Source: Adineta vaga
Taxonomy: Eukaryota; Animalia; Rotifera
Length of the DNA stretch: 64,000 nucleotides
Direction of reading: 5' to 3'
Assembly: GCA_021613535.1 (NCBI GenBank)
Contig: CP075492.1
Span: forward strand, 15,934,001 to 15,998,000
Of the stretch, positions 1 to 12,496 are shown piece by piece; positions within the stretch are counted from its first letter, which is position 1; every line of letters begins with the position of its first letter. A model generated the notes under the pieces. That model saw nothing but the letters and a program-made list of their open reading frames with translations. It searched no databases and was not told the DNA's origin. A program made the translations under genes and the position numbers.

Positions 1-435
1 TTCAAGTATCTTTTGGTAGTCCATAGTTTGTGGATCCATTATAAATACGTCAAAATTACTAATGATATATATTTGATTGAGTTTGGTATTTCAGCATAGA
101 TCACTAATTCTTCCAAAACTCCATTCAATTTCTCGAACTATTTTCATTTTTGCATTCAGAAGGCAAATATTTGAACCATTTTGAATTAACATATATTGAT
201 CATTTGCAGCCATAACGAAAGGGCTATATTCTATTTTCTTGATCATTCTAAACGGTTCACCCAACTCGGATATATCGAGCACTGTGACTTTAAGCGACGA
301 TGAGGCCGAGCTAAAAGGTGCGGGAATAAAAGCATTTTGAAATAACGTAAATAGACTATGAAGATCTGAACAGTATGCTTCTAAGGCCAAACATGAATTA
401 GAGTTCATCGGTTTATTCTGATGAGATTTTGGCAA
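1..435 (-). pseudogene. Fragment of a bdelloid-type beta-propeller-like gene with an in-frame premature stop
   Basis: ORF ends ...REIEWSFGRISDLC-TGA, but the frame continues open to the window edge (NTKLNQIYIISNFDVFIMDPQ...). The TGA lies where a TGG (Trp, DxCW motif) would be expected. Confidence 0.45.
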
Positions 436-2119
436 ATGAAATATTTGACTATATTTCAGCGACTTAATAAGTTATTGTTCTGTTTTTTTACCACTTCTGT
501 TTCTATATATTTATTTTTGTATATGAATTCGAAAAAGAGTCTGTCCGTATTTTCATAGCACAAAAATGACTATGATGCTACGTAGCTATAAATCTATCTA
601 CCTGTATCGCGGTCAAAATTTTAACAAAACAGATATAACCATTCACCAGCATGCCATAGTTACAGATTCTTCTACAACTTGTCAGATGAAGGTGCCTTAA
701 CTTGAGAGTAGGACTATTAGCTGACAGATTAATCGATGGTACGAACACTTTCTTGCATGTGTTGAGAAGTTATTTCTCTTTTTTAAGATAAGTCTGAAAA
801 CTAGTCATGCAGGACAAACCTGATTGATGTTGTTATTGCTGAGGAGATCTTCAGATGGGCAACAGATTCATCAATGTCAAGTATTTCTTCCGACAGTAGC
901 AAACCATATTTTATTTCATACTGATTTATGTAAGAATCTCGTTCGTTTGATTTGCGTTTAATGATATTGTTAAGCAAAGAGTATTTGACATGGTCTTGCT
1001 GGTTCCAGTTTCCATTTCACTGCGTATAAAGGATACCATCCCTACAACATTCTCCATCTGTTTCTTTGCGACATTTTGTTGATATTAGTGAAGCGCTCTC
1101 TTCTAAAGTGTGTGTACAGCGTGAGAAGAAAGATAACGGTCATTTATAGATGCACAAGTAGAACGAATGAAGCTAATAAAAGAAATAAAATCAACAGCAA
1201 ATGAATACATATGACGTCATCTTGATTTTTAATACAAACACAACATTTTTTCAGCTCTGATCAACACAGAAAAGTCTGCTCTATCAAACTGCATTGACGA
1301 CTTTGAAAATAATACTCTAAACTATTCAACAAGCTCTGTGCTTAAAAATACACAGCGTTCCTGGTCGTCTCATTATTTCTTAATAGTTTCAAGCTACAGC
1401 CAGCAATATTCTAAAGAAGGTTAGGTTGTGAGAGTGAATTGAACAATATCACCCAAGACAACAATTATTCTTTTTGATTCTCTGTTTCCTTTCATAATCA
1501 ATGTACTTTACTCTTTTCTTCGTTCAAGTATTCTTACTTGGCTATTTTATTGCATCAATTTTTATTTTTGTCTTACTCAATTTACAAGTAACGCGCCGAC
1601 TCAAGGTTGAGGATGTCTTTTGCATCCACATTTCACATCATCCTATATATATATATCCTCAAGAAAAAAGTCAGATTCAAATTCACTAGTTGTGACGATA
1701 AGAGTAAAGTAAAGAATAACAATAGTAAAATACAGCTAAGAGTCTCTGTTGTTTCTTTCTAAATCACATCTTTGTAAAAGTAGTAGGGAAAACATAGGAG
1801 AAATAGATTGCATTTATTCCGTTCTGTTATTCGAGCGACTTTTCCCGAACAACCAAAGTAAGTGCTTCACGAGGGAACATACTGAGGTGTTTAAGCCCTT
1901 TAGATCCTCTGTTTTGGCGATAAGTAGACTTCAATAACACAAGACATTATCATGCCAAAAGGTATATAGACAACCGTTCTCACATTTCTTCATACTATTC
2001 AGTTTCTTTCGTAAGTTAAAGATATTTATTAAGAGAAATACTCTAGAAAAAGCGAAGCACATGGATCATTCATTCACATCATAGAAATGCTCAAAACTAG
2101 ACGAAGTTTAATTGTAACA

Positions 2120-3589
2120 TTAACGAGAATCTGCTCTCGTTAATAATTGTTCCAGAGTAGTTTCATTTGTGCAAGATGTTCGATCAGCACATGTTTCAAC
2201 GAGACGAATATAATAATCAAAAAATTCTTTCGCTTTTTCATCAGTCTCGATTTCATGAACCATCGAAAAATCAAGTTGACCATCACCCGCACAAGCAACG
2301 TACATATTTGTTCCAGGACGATAACCACTGCAATTATTACCAAAATGTAAACCTCGTATTTTGAGAACACCTTGTTGATAATCACATGAAAAAGGATATT
2401 TACCGAGATTGGAAAAACCCAGTTCACACACACGTCCTTCTGATTCTGATTGACCTAATTCACGAAGATTCCGATCATCTTTTAGAAGATCAGCAAACAC
2501 ATGCATTGTCAATGGAATCCAATGTCGTTTTAACGAATTTCGAGTCATAGACATTGATTCAAGTGCTAATGACCAAAATTGAGTTGAACGAATTGAATAA
2601 GATTTTTTCAGTTTTAATTCATGTAGACCAACGAAAAAGCCGACTGATGAAGTAGTCAATGGAGATCCAGGTAAACGCATACGCATATCAAATGCATTAC
2701 TAATTTCAAACGGTTTTAACTGAGTGTTTTTACCAATTGGGAAACAACGATGAACTGCTAAGAGAAGACAAGCAAAAAGTGAACTATTAATAGTTAATTC
2801 ATGTGAACGACATTGTTGATGTAATTTTTCATAAACATCAGTCGAAGTTGATGCGAACAAAAATTTGTTTTTATATAGTTGCGTTTGGCAAGATATGAAT
2901 TGACAATTAGTTAAAGGAATCGATTTAAATGGAATACGTGTTCTAACTAATTGATGAAAATTATGTTTAGCAATTCGTTTACCAATAAATGACACTAATG
3001 GATAGAGAATACCAAATGGGCGTGGAATCAATTCACCAATCAATGGTAAAGTTTTATTATTATTTGGTTCTGATATCTCAAATAAATTCGGAGATGTAAC
3101 CAATGTTAAAAAATCATTAATTAGAATAATTCCACTTCGACCATCTGCAACACAATGATTGCTGAAAAGAATCAAATGAAATAATTGATCATCCGATTGT
3201 TTATCATCATAAACGAGCATAAAATGAAAAAGTGGAAAGATTTCAGTACCATTTTTACAATAAGGATTTTCATTGCAACGAGTTTCGACTAGATTTTCCC
3301 ATGTATTATTACCAATTGGAACAGTTGAAAAGAATAAATCATTTGAGAAATATTCACTATTATATTCGAGAATATCCAATAGATGCTGATTGTTATTCAC
3401 ACGAAGTCGTGTACGCATAGGTGGATAACGTTTCAAAAGACATTGAATTGTATATGAAGCATTCGTAGTAATTAACGAACGATTTCCAGTCAGATGAACA
3501 ACATCTACTATTATTGTCCAACTACCATCTGCATAGAAATATTTTTCAAGACCACGAATTGGTACAGTAGAATTTACTTGGTAAGCCAT
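2120..3589 (-). CDS. CoA-dependent acyltransferase, condensation/alcohol acetyltransferase-like (489 aa, intronless)
   Basis: HxxxDG catalytic motif (NHCVADGRSG), DMRxRL, GFFVG and FSNLG motifs typical of AATase/PapA5-like condensation-fold enzymes. Confidence 0.8.
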   Translation of the reverse strand: MAYQVNSTVPIRGLEKYFYADGSWTIIVDVVHLTGNRSLITTNASYTIQCLLKRYPPMRTRLRVNNNQHLLDILEYNSEYFSNDLFFSTVPIGNNTWENLVETRCNENPYCKNGTEIFPLFHFMLVYDDKQSDDQLFHLILFSNHCVADGRSGIILINDFLTLVTSPNLFEISEPNNNKTLPLIGELIPRPFGILYPLVSFIGKRIAKHNFHQLVRTRIPFKSIPLTNCQFISCQTQLYKNKFLFASTSTDVYEKLHQQCRSHELTINSSLFACLLLAVHRCFPIGKNTQLKPFEISNAFDMRMRLPGSPLTTSSVGFFVGLHELKLKKSYSIRSTQFWSLALESMSMTRNSLKRHWIPLTMHVFADLLKDDRNLRELGQSESEGRVCELGFSNLGKYPFSCDYQQGVLKIRGLHFGNNCSGYRPGTNMYVACAGDGQLDFSMVHEIETDEKAKEFFDYYIRLVETCADRTSCTNETTLEQLLTRADSR

Positions 3590-4732
3590 TTATGAGTACT
3601 TTGCCAAGAGAAATGCAAAGGTAAAACACAATTTTATCGTTCCTTTTTCTTCTATCGTTCTTCGTCAGTTTAGATGAGTCAACAATCTATGCTGATACTA
3701 CAAAAGTAAAAATAGGCTGTGCGTACTTTAGTAACGAACTCTGAGGAAGAAACTTTTTGTAAAAAAAAGAGAAAAACAACGCACGTCGCTTGCAAGATTC
3801 TCTTTTTCTTTTCTTCTCATTTTTTGCTAAATAATAAAGTATTTCTTTATTCTTTCTACGACAAGTTACATTGTTACATATTTAAAATCAGTGATTAGTT
3901 TCTATTGAAAATTTTTGTGTAAAACATCGTGTTGAATATACTGTTATAATTATCTATTCATTCTTCCAATTTACTTTTGTTCATTTAATTAATATTTATA
4001 TTCTTATGGTATTTCAATGTTTTGGACGCTGTTGTACAAGTCTTTTTATGTCCAAAACAACGAAAATGAACAAGAGAATATAATCGAACCATAATTTTTT
4101 GTAGAGTAAAAGTGTTAATTTGAGAAATCCCAACGATACGCGGCAATAAAATACGTTTCATCATAAGTACAGAGACGTTCTTTTCTTCAAGATTATACTT
4201 GTAAATTAGTTTCACATCATATGGAACCTATGCTCTCCATTTATATATATTTTATTAATACGCGTGATCTTCTTTATAGTAGACAAGTAGTAATTGATAT
4301 TTGGAAACAGTCGATAATCGTGTCTAGCCGTGGTAATTAGTTATTTATATCTCGACTTGTATCTTAATATACAAGGTTATTATTGAGAATATTTTGCTGT
4401 GTTTAATCATTAACTCTATTATTATTTTATGTGATTATTTATCTCTTAATTTATATTAATTGGTCAACAATATTTTCTGTTACAATGTGGTCGTTATAGA
4501 ATGATCGATGAATTGTGAAATTAAAAGATCAAGTATTGATAAAAATATCTTATCTATCCTTGGGACCGTTGAGTTATAGGGTGTAGTTGTGATTGAAAAT
4601 GTACGAAAAAAGAAAAATGTCTTATCGACGCGTGTATCGAAAATTATTATTTGTTTTTTTTCTTTCTTTCTCAATGTAATACTTTCACTCTCCTTCTTTT
4701 TCCTATGATTTTATATTATTGTTAAATATAAG

Positions 4733-6404
4733 ATGAGTGGGCAATTTGATTTTCGAGCTTTACTAATTAAAGTACAAGATCTTTTATCAGATCGGGATCG
4801 TGTTCGATTACATTTCCTATTAGGTGATGATATACCTAGAAATTTACGAGACAATTCATCACTTAGTGGAACACTTTCTGTTCTTGAATCTCTCTTTGAT
4901 AAAGATATGATTAGTGATCAAGATTGTGATTATCTTATTGAAGCATTTAAAAAAATACATTGTTATGATGCTGCAAAACGACTTCAAGGTTTACTTTTTT
5001 CTTTCTTGAGATCTTTAAGACATCATTTATTGTTTAGAATATCAACGAGCTCATACTCAAAGAAATGGACGAAATTGTTCGCTTCAAGACATTCTTATAG
5101 ATGATAATGAAGATGATCGTATTATTGTAACTGGTTTGTAAAATACAAAAAAACTTTATAGTATGTACTATTTAGGAGAAACATTTCTAGAACAGACGTC
5201 TGAAACTTATGGAAATAATGAAACAAGACCATCAATTACTCAGTTTCAGTTAGAACAAGAAAAGATTCCCAGATCACGATTATTCAATATGGTATTTAGA
5301 AAACCTTGTAATATTCGTGAAATTATATTGATTATTATTACTATTCTTTCTCTCTTAACTTTTTCATTATTGTTTGTCTTTCGAACAAAATGTGTTGTGA
5401 CCAAAAACGATATATTTTTAGGTATATTATAAGTTAATAAATATACATTTATATTATCGGAAAATTTGGTGACTGTTTTTTTTTCAGCTATGTTACGACA
5501 AATGAAATGGAAAGAAGAGGGAATAACTGTTGCTGGAGGAAATAGTGTTGGAAATGAACTAAATCAACTTAATTATCCTTGGGGTATTTTTATCGATAGG
5601 AATAATTCGATTTATATTGCTGATTGTTTAAATCATCGTATAATAAAATGGAAAACAAAAGAAAATCGAAGTGAAATTGTTGCTGGTGGAAATGGTCAAG
5701 GAAATAAAATCAACCAATTTATTTGTCCATCAGATGTTACTATTGATCAAGAAAATCAATTATTATTTGCTTGTGATCTTGGAAATCGACGGATTGTTCA
5801 ATGGTCATTAGTAAACAAATCGGATATACATATAATTATTTCTAATATTGATTGTTATGGTATAATTATGGATAATAGACATTCTCTTTATGTTTCTGAT
5901 TCGATAAAACAAGAAGTAATTCGATTGAAACAAGGTGAAAAAAAAGGAATTCTAATTGCTGGTGGAAATGGTAAAGGAAATCATTCAAATCAATTTAGTC
6001 ATCCTGCATTTATGTTTATTGATAATGAATATTCAATTTATGTCTCAGATTTACGTAATCAGCGTGTTATGAAATGGAAAGAAAATGCTAAAAATGGAAT
6101 TGTTGTTGCTGGTGGAAATGGCTATGGTTATCATCTTAATCAATTATCTGCTCCTCGAGGTGTTTTTGTAGATAAATTAGAACGAATTTATGTTTCAGAT
6201 AACATGAATCATCGAATCATGCGTTGGTGTAAAGGTTGTTCACAAGGTGAAATTATTGCTGGTGGAAATGGAGGTGGAAATGAACCAAATCAATTGCAAT
6301 ATCCAACTGGTTTATCATTTGATAAAAAAAGAAATATCTACGTTGTTGATAATACAAATCATCGAATTCAAAAATTTGAAATCGACGAAGATGATACGAA
6401 TTGA
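4733..6404 (+). CDS. Death effector domain (DED) + single TM + NHL-repeat beta-propeller protein (4 exons)
   Basis: Exons 4733-4988, 5038-5133, 5176-5421 and 5488-6404 join in frame via phase-1 GT-AG introns. N-terminus FRALLIKVQDLLSDRDRVRLHFLL...LESLFDKDMIS is DED-like, followed by hydrophobic IILIIITILSLLTFSLLFVF and NHL repeats (QLNYPWGIFID, IYVVDNTNHRIQKF). Confidence 0.8.
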
Positions 6405-6535
6405 AATAAAAAAATTCTATTTCTTATTAATTTTCTCAAGCGAAAAATCTCGGCCGAATTGAACGTATCGCTATTGAAGAATTTGAGGAAAAATTAGACC
6501 GATAAAATAATTGAAAATTTTTCATCGATAGAAAG

Positions 6536-6590
6536 CAGGGGCTCCGCGCAGGATGGGATGGGACGAAAAGTTGTTATCCCATCCCATGAC
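6536..6590. mobile_element. Short DNA-transposon end remnant (CAGGG start, ATGGGATGGGA/TCCCATCCCAT inverted motif), hAT-like
   Basis: GC-rich island starting CAGGGGCTCC with an 11-bp inverted repeat (6553-6563 / 6577-6587). Confidence 0.4.
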
Positions 6591-7260
6591 TTTGTATATA
6601 GATTACATATATCGTATTAAGAACAAATTTTTCTGTTCCAGGGATTTTTCTATCCTGAGCGAATACCAAAGGGATTCCAACATATAGACGTTAAATTATT
6701 GTTTGTATTTCTAATCACTTCGTAATTTTCTGGATTCTTGCTTATTAAATGACAAACTCGTGCAGTTGTAAATTCATTAATAACTGCTGAGAAATCATCG
6801 CCTGAAGGTGAGCTTATATGAATACTAGGAGATTATTAAGATTAAGTTGTTTGAAAATAAATTTACCTGTTTGTATTACAATAGATTTAATTCCGTCGAG
6901 TTTCTTGTTTATATTCTGATTTAGTTTTTCAAGAGTTATCCAGTAAACGGCCGGCCGGACACACTGACCGATTCCAGAATGTACTCACTTTTCGAGTACA
7001 CAATACTAATGAAGTTTGTAATAACATTATATATTATGTATATTCATCCTCGAAAAAAAGAAAAACATATCGAACATAGTTGACATTATTCTTTTAATCA
7101 TCTTCAAATATTGACAGAGTTTCGATAGTTTTGATTTGATATTAATCTAATCAAAATAAAAAGGCTTTCATTCTTATCTTTCATCTTTATTGATATATCT
7201 TATGAAATACAACATTTCAAAATATAAAAACTAAAAGAATATTTAGGAACGACTGATAAT

Positions 7261-8618
7261 ATGGTTTATTTATTATATTTCTTATTGTTTCTAATCTTTC
7301 ATACAGTTGATGGTAATAATTTAAATTGTCCAAATCAACAATTCATCGATGAATCTCTTGAGAAAGTTCATATTCCAGGAACAGCAATTGTTGTAGTCAA
7401 TGCTACTCATATACTTTATCAACATGTATTTGGATATCAATCTTTATTACCAAAACGTCCAATGAATATTGATAAATCGATTTTTCCTCTAGCTTCTATT
7501 TCGAAAACATTTATTGCTGTTGCTGTTATGCAACTCGTAGAAAAAGAACTTGTTGATCTGGATACAGATATCAATCAATATTTATTAGAACCATATAAAC
7601 GTATCTATCATCCGCAGTATCCATTTCATGCAATTACTCTACGTAAATTACTTTCGCATTCAGCTTCGATTGCAATCAATTCTACAGAACAAAATACTCA
7701 GTATAGACCAGGTGATACTGCATTTGAAGAAACTCTAGCTGAATTTTGTTTCAAATATATCAATCCGAACACATCAAATTGGTTGCCAAAACCACCAGGT
7801 AGTGTTGCATCCTATTCAAATGAAGGTTCATCTATGGCTGCTTTGGTTGTTGAACGAATAGCAAATATATCCTATATTCAATATGTCAAAGAAAGAATTC
7901 TAAAACCATTAGGTGTTGATGTTAGTAAAGTAGGAGTACGTTTGGCCGATTTTGAAAATACAGAAGATTTCGTCAAACATTATGTATATGTATTCAATAC
8001 ATCTTATCTCGAAGGATGGCAAAAAGAAATACCACAACTGAATTTTACACCAATTTCAGTGAGTATATGATCTAGTATGGGATATAAATTGTTTTCATTG
8101 TATTCTAGGACAATCTACCGAATTGGTTACATGTTTCAAATTTCGGATTTGGTTCGTTTCCTGCGGGCCTTTTACGAATGTCAGCGAAAGCTCTATCAAT
8201 ATATCTTCGTATGTTTATGAATAATGGATCGTCCATTGTTCATCCACGATCGATTACTGAAATGCGAACAATAGTCGGTAGTGGTAATATACCAATGTAT
8301 AACATAAATCAAAATAATCATTCTACACAACAACAATCCGCATCACAATTTGGACTTAGTTGGTATTGGCAAACCATGGACGATGGTCGTCGATATCTCG
8401 GGCATAGTGGATCAATGTTAGGCATAGCACATTTGATGTTGGTAAATGAAAGAAATACTGTAGTTGTGATTCTTTTATCAAATGGTGACATCTTTACACC
8501 ACATAATTTGTCAATGGAAATTGGTGAAACAGGACAAAATATTCATATGTCCCTTTTCCAATGTTTCGACGAAACAATGAATAATGCCCATGAATCTGCT
8601 TCTTTTATAAATCACTAA
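7261..8618 (+). CDS. Secreted beta-lactamase-family serine hydrolase (class C/AmpC-like), 2 exons
   Basis: Signal peptide, SxxK (ASISK), LLSHSAS, YSN and HSG motifs. Intron 8059-8108 joins the two ORFs in frame (...PIS|DNLPNWL...PAGLLRMS). Confidence 0.85.
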
Positions 8619-8811
8619 GATTTATATGACGATGGTAACTGGATCAATGGAAATGTTTAGTGAGAAAAAAACCACTAAATTTCATATGAGTGACAGCGAT
8701 GTATTATCATGTTCAATTCTTTATTTTCTCTCGTTATCCTTTATCTTGGTGCAAGCAAAAATCTAAAATAGTTTTCAATCAAAACAAAAGAAGTAAATAT
8801 GAGTATAGTAT

Positions 8812-10265
8812 TCAATGTTTTTTTAAATGTAATCGTTCTACCATTGTAGTTTGTAATTGTTTCATGGATTTAGTAAATTGTTGACGGTAATGTTTTGATG
8901 GTAAAATAAATATAATTAAAGTAAGCATAGGAGGAATAAATGATATGAAATAACCTATCAATGGTAGCCAAACATCATTCGTTGATTTCATACAATTCGA
9001 TATAAATGAAAGAATCAAACGTGGTAATGCTAAAATAACGAGAATAATTGGAGCAATGAGAAGATGTTTATGTTCTCGACTTTGTCTTAATAATAATTTT
9101 CGATAAATTACATCAGTACGAACAGTTATACGTTGTCTTGTCGTCTGAATAATAGAACTTTTGAAGGGTAATTCGAAATACACCAAATTCGTTTTTCCAT
9201 TTCATTATCATCTTCATTAATATCATCTATCAATCGTCCATGTAAAGGATCATGAATATTTATAATTACAGTCCAAATAAATAGAATAATTATAATATAT
9301 TTTGCTATGGATTTACTTTTCTTCTGATTAAAATTAATTCCTTTGATAATAATAGACACTCGTTCTAAAGCCACACATGAATTTAAATATTGATCCATAT
9401 TAAGACCTATTCGAATGATAAAATCAATTGAATAACATTGAATCTTGAGAAATAAATAATTTGATATAAATGTCATTTGTGCCACTAATAAAATAGTAAA
9501 TTTTAATACCATAAAAATCATCGTAAATACAATAATAATTGATGATGCTAAAAGATAATATCCACACCCATTTTTTCTTGATTTTTTATCTTGAAATGTG
9601 ATCCAAGAAAGTATACTATTCATAATACCAAGAATACTGATAATTATTGTTAAAACTAAACTAATTTTTACAACAAATGTTTGCGCAGCTAGATTTACAT
9701 GTGTTCGAATATGTAAACCAATAATAGCATCAAGTGATAAAACAAATAAATGTGAATTAAATTGACATCGTGTTCCAAGAAAACATTCCGGACAAACACA
9801 TATCGACGATTTTGGACAAGTAAATGAATCTTGTATATATTGTGCATTATTTTCACAATTACTATATCCATAGCAATTATGTTGAATACGACGATCGAAT
9901 GGAAAACAATTCGCTAAACGTTGTTAAACATGACTGTAACATAAACAAAAATAATCTTGATCATAAAAACATTGTAGTTTAGGTGAATATTTTTATCTAA
10001 TACTTCACTAAGATGTTTACAACGATCTGATGAATGAATTGATCGATGAATTATTGCAGAGTCATTATAAAAATTTTGAACAAGAATTAAATAATAAGAA
10101 TTCACTAATTAAACAAACAATATGAGAAATTTATGCGCCCAATAGACAATTATTGTCGGTTGATAAACAGATATTGTTTGTACAATTGAACCATTTATCA
10201 TAGGTTCATTCACTTTCAAAGGTATATCTATAAAATGAACAATCATCGATTGTGGTAAATCAATA
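8812..10265 (-). pseudogene. 5'-truncated EGF-containing GPCR pseudogene
   Basis: Reads DIDLPQSMIVHFI...CPKSSICVCPECFLGTRCQF...GCGYYLLASS...CVALER...LALPRLILSF, with in-frame stops, frameshifts and a deletion of the TM5 region near 9130-9186. Confidence 0.75.
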
Positions 10266-10325
10266 TCTTGAGGGTGTGGGTGTGTGATATCAAGTAATGC
10301 TTATCATCCACACCCACCCTCAAGA
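10266..10325. repeat. Telomere-like hairpin element, best-preserved copy
   Basis: TCTTGAGGGTGTGGGTGTGTGATA...TATCATCCACACCCACCCTCAAGA, with a perfect 11-bp terminal inverted repeat. Confidence 0.85.
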
Positions 10326-10684
10326 AAACTTCTAAATAAATCAAACAGAGCTGAATAATAAAAGATTTCAAACAATAATTCATTCAGTAGAAAGTAATTC
10401 AAATGATAATTTCACGTTTGTATTGCTAATAATTTAGAAAAAAGAAGAATATTAAGAAAATCATTTGACAATTGTTGTTGAATGTCTCATATCGTTTAGT
10501 ATCGATATTCCAAGATCAATTATATATGATTTATGAGTCAAACAGAATAAATTTTATTTTTTAAGGACTTCTCTAAAATATCATTCAATTGTCTTTATAT
10601 AAAGAAAAAGATCAAATCAAATATAAAAAACAAATGATTCGTTTATTTTATTTGTTTCAGATCTATTTTGGTGAAGTAAAGAAT

Positions 10685-10714
<30 letters not shown>
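10685..10714 (+). repeat. (GCA)8-(ACA)2 microsatellite
   Basis: Direct reading of the sequence. Confidence 0.85.
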
Positions 10715-10716
<2 letters not shown>

Positions 10717-10751
10717 ATTGATGGTTTCCTCACAAAAATGTTCAAATTCAA

Positions 10752-10826
10752 TCTTGAGGATGTAGTGTGTGTATGTGATGGGAGGACAAAACTGTCATTA
10801 TACCCACACCCATCCCACACCCTCAA
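10752..10826. repeat. Telomere-like hairpin element
   Basis: TCTTGAGGATGTAGTGTGTGTATG...TACCCACACCCATCCCACACCCTCAA. Confidence 0.75.
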
Positions 10827-10916
10827 ATATTCGAAACTAAATTCTATAACAAAAAGAGGATGCAGATAAAAACTTGTTTCAGTGTAAATATTGCAAAGTA
10901 TATTTTAATATTATAA

Positions 10917-11833
10917 TCAAACGTTCATTTCTTTTTTTTGTTTTAATTGTGTTCGTTTAGTAATCAGATGGAGTTTTTGTATTTCTTCGACAAGTTTTGT
11001 TTCGTCACCATAATAATCATCAAAAGCATCTTGACATTTTTGATCAATAAATTCAAAACGATCAACTAATGACTGTTCAACACCAATATCACGTCGTAAA
11101 CATTCAGTTTTTTCTTGCATTAAATCAAGTATTGCTTGGATGCTTGACGGAACGAGTAAGGATTGCGAAGATTTTGACGAACGACGTTGTCGACGAGTTA
11201 TTTTAAACTCTTCACCTTTCTGAAAACATCGTGCTGCAGCTAAAACATAAAATCTTTCTTTTAAAAATAAATCATACTTAAAACTATTCACAAACCATTA
11301 GCAATTCGTAAAAGATGCCATAAACGAAGTATAACAATAAGAATAGCTGAATGGGCAATAACAGATTCTTTGTCAACAATGAGAAAATAAATTTCTGCTG
11401 AAAATGAAAAAATGGCCAAAAATGCGTCAAAATAATCTAATTTATGATTTTCTTTGCAATTCCAGTAATGAGAAGCGAGTGCATATATTTTTAAAAGCAA
11501 TTCGATCATAAATATCGATAAGATACTCAATGATACATAGTGACAAATTTCAATTCCATGGTCAAGATGATGCGTTTTCTTCTCTGTGTAAGTTTTTGAA
11601 GAAAAATACTGAGGATCGTGACATTCATACTGACGTTTAACATTATAAAGAAGAATTTCGGTTATAACAGAAGCACATTCCGCAACGACTAGTATGATGA
11701 TGAAGAGATGAAAAACTGGATGTTCAAGAAATAATTCAATACGTTTTTGATGAGGATAATTTTGATTCCACCATCGAGATAAACAGTTTGATTGATTCTT
11801 CGGCCGTGTCGGAATTTCAGAGGCAACTTCCAT
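10917..11833 (-). CDS. HVCN1: Voltage-gated proton channel Hv1-like (isolated voltage-sensor domain + C-terminal coiled coil)
   Basis: S1 FHLFIIILVVAECASVITEILL, S2 LSIFMIELLLKIY, S3 YFDAFLAIFSF, S4 LRLWHLLRIAN. Intron 11240-11295 joins the coiled-coil exon in frame. No pore domain. Confidence 0.75.
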
Positions 11834-12417
11834 ATGTGTTAACCAAAGATTACATATGGCGTCGATATTCCTTTATTTCTATTTTTTTTCACGACCTTGG
11901 CTCAATGCGTGCGGTAGACGAGAGGGATTTTTTCCTTTCGTTCTGTTATATAAAACGAGTTGTCGACAGTTAGGTAACGAGTGTATATAAAGCAAGTCTT
12001 TTTTTCCTTCTTCCAACGAATACATTTCTTTTATTTTACTATTAGATGACGACCGTTTTCTTCATCCTTACAGTACAAGGACTGAAGACGACGGAAAAAA
12101 ATAAACAGAAGAACTATAATACAAACACAGAAAAAAAGAATTATGTTTGATTTAGGAAGCGAGTAACAATTATATTCTTTAGACTGTAGAGGAGATCTTA
12201 TGAAAAAATTGTTTGTTTGTTTGTTTGTGTCAGGGTCAAAGATTAAAAGAAGACTAGTTCTCGATTCTGAAAGAATGAGTATGGTCAACAGGAATTGCTA
12301 GTCAGTTTGTTTGCACTTTGATTGGTCGAAATTATCAACCAATGAAATGTGAGCTTAGTTTTTCATGATTCCTGCTGAAAAAAACGCGCACTGGTTTTAG
12401 ATACTATTCTGAGGTTA

Positions 12418-12496
12418 TCGAGGATGGGTGTGGGTATTTGTCTGATTATACTATGCCTCTATATCTTGTGTTACCTATACATCCACACTCTCAAGA
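12418..12496. repeat. Telomere-like hairpin element
   Basis: TCGAGGATGGGTGTGGGTA...TACCTATACATCCACACTCTCAAGA. Confidence 0.7.

Noticed and set aside
91-93. TGA read as Trp (alternative genetic code) or selenocysteine
   Set aside because: Neighbouring genes use TGG for Trp and TGA as a true stop; a nonsense mutation is simpler.
566-650. LYRGQ motif suggesting an ART remnant
   Set aside because: Too short, with no other ART motifs in frame.
6553-6587. ATGGGATGGGA/TCCCATCCCAT hairpin as a member of the telomere-like family
   Set aside because: It has 5-nt periodicity, lacks the TCTTGAGGG end, and follows a CAGGG terminus, so it is better explained as a separate DNA-transposon remnant.
6600-6960. 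Minus-strand exon-like fragments near the CAGGG element as a transposase remnant
   Set aside because: Interrupted by stops, with no recognisable DDE or zinc-finger motif; cannot be supported without a search.
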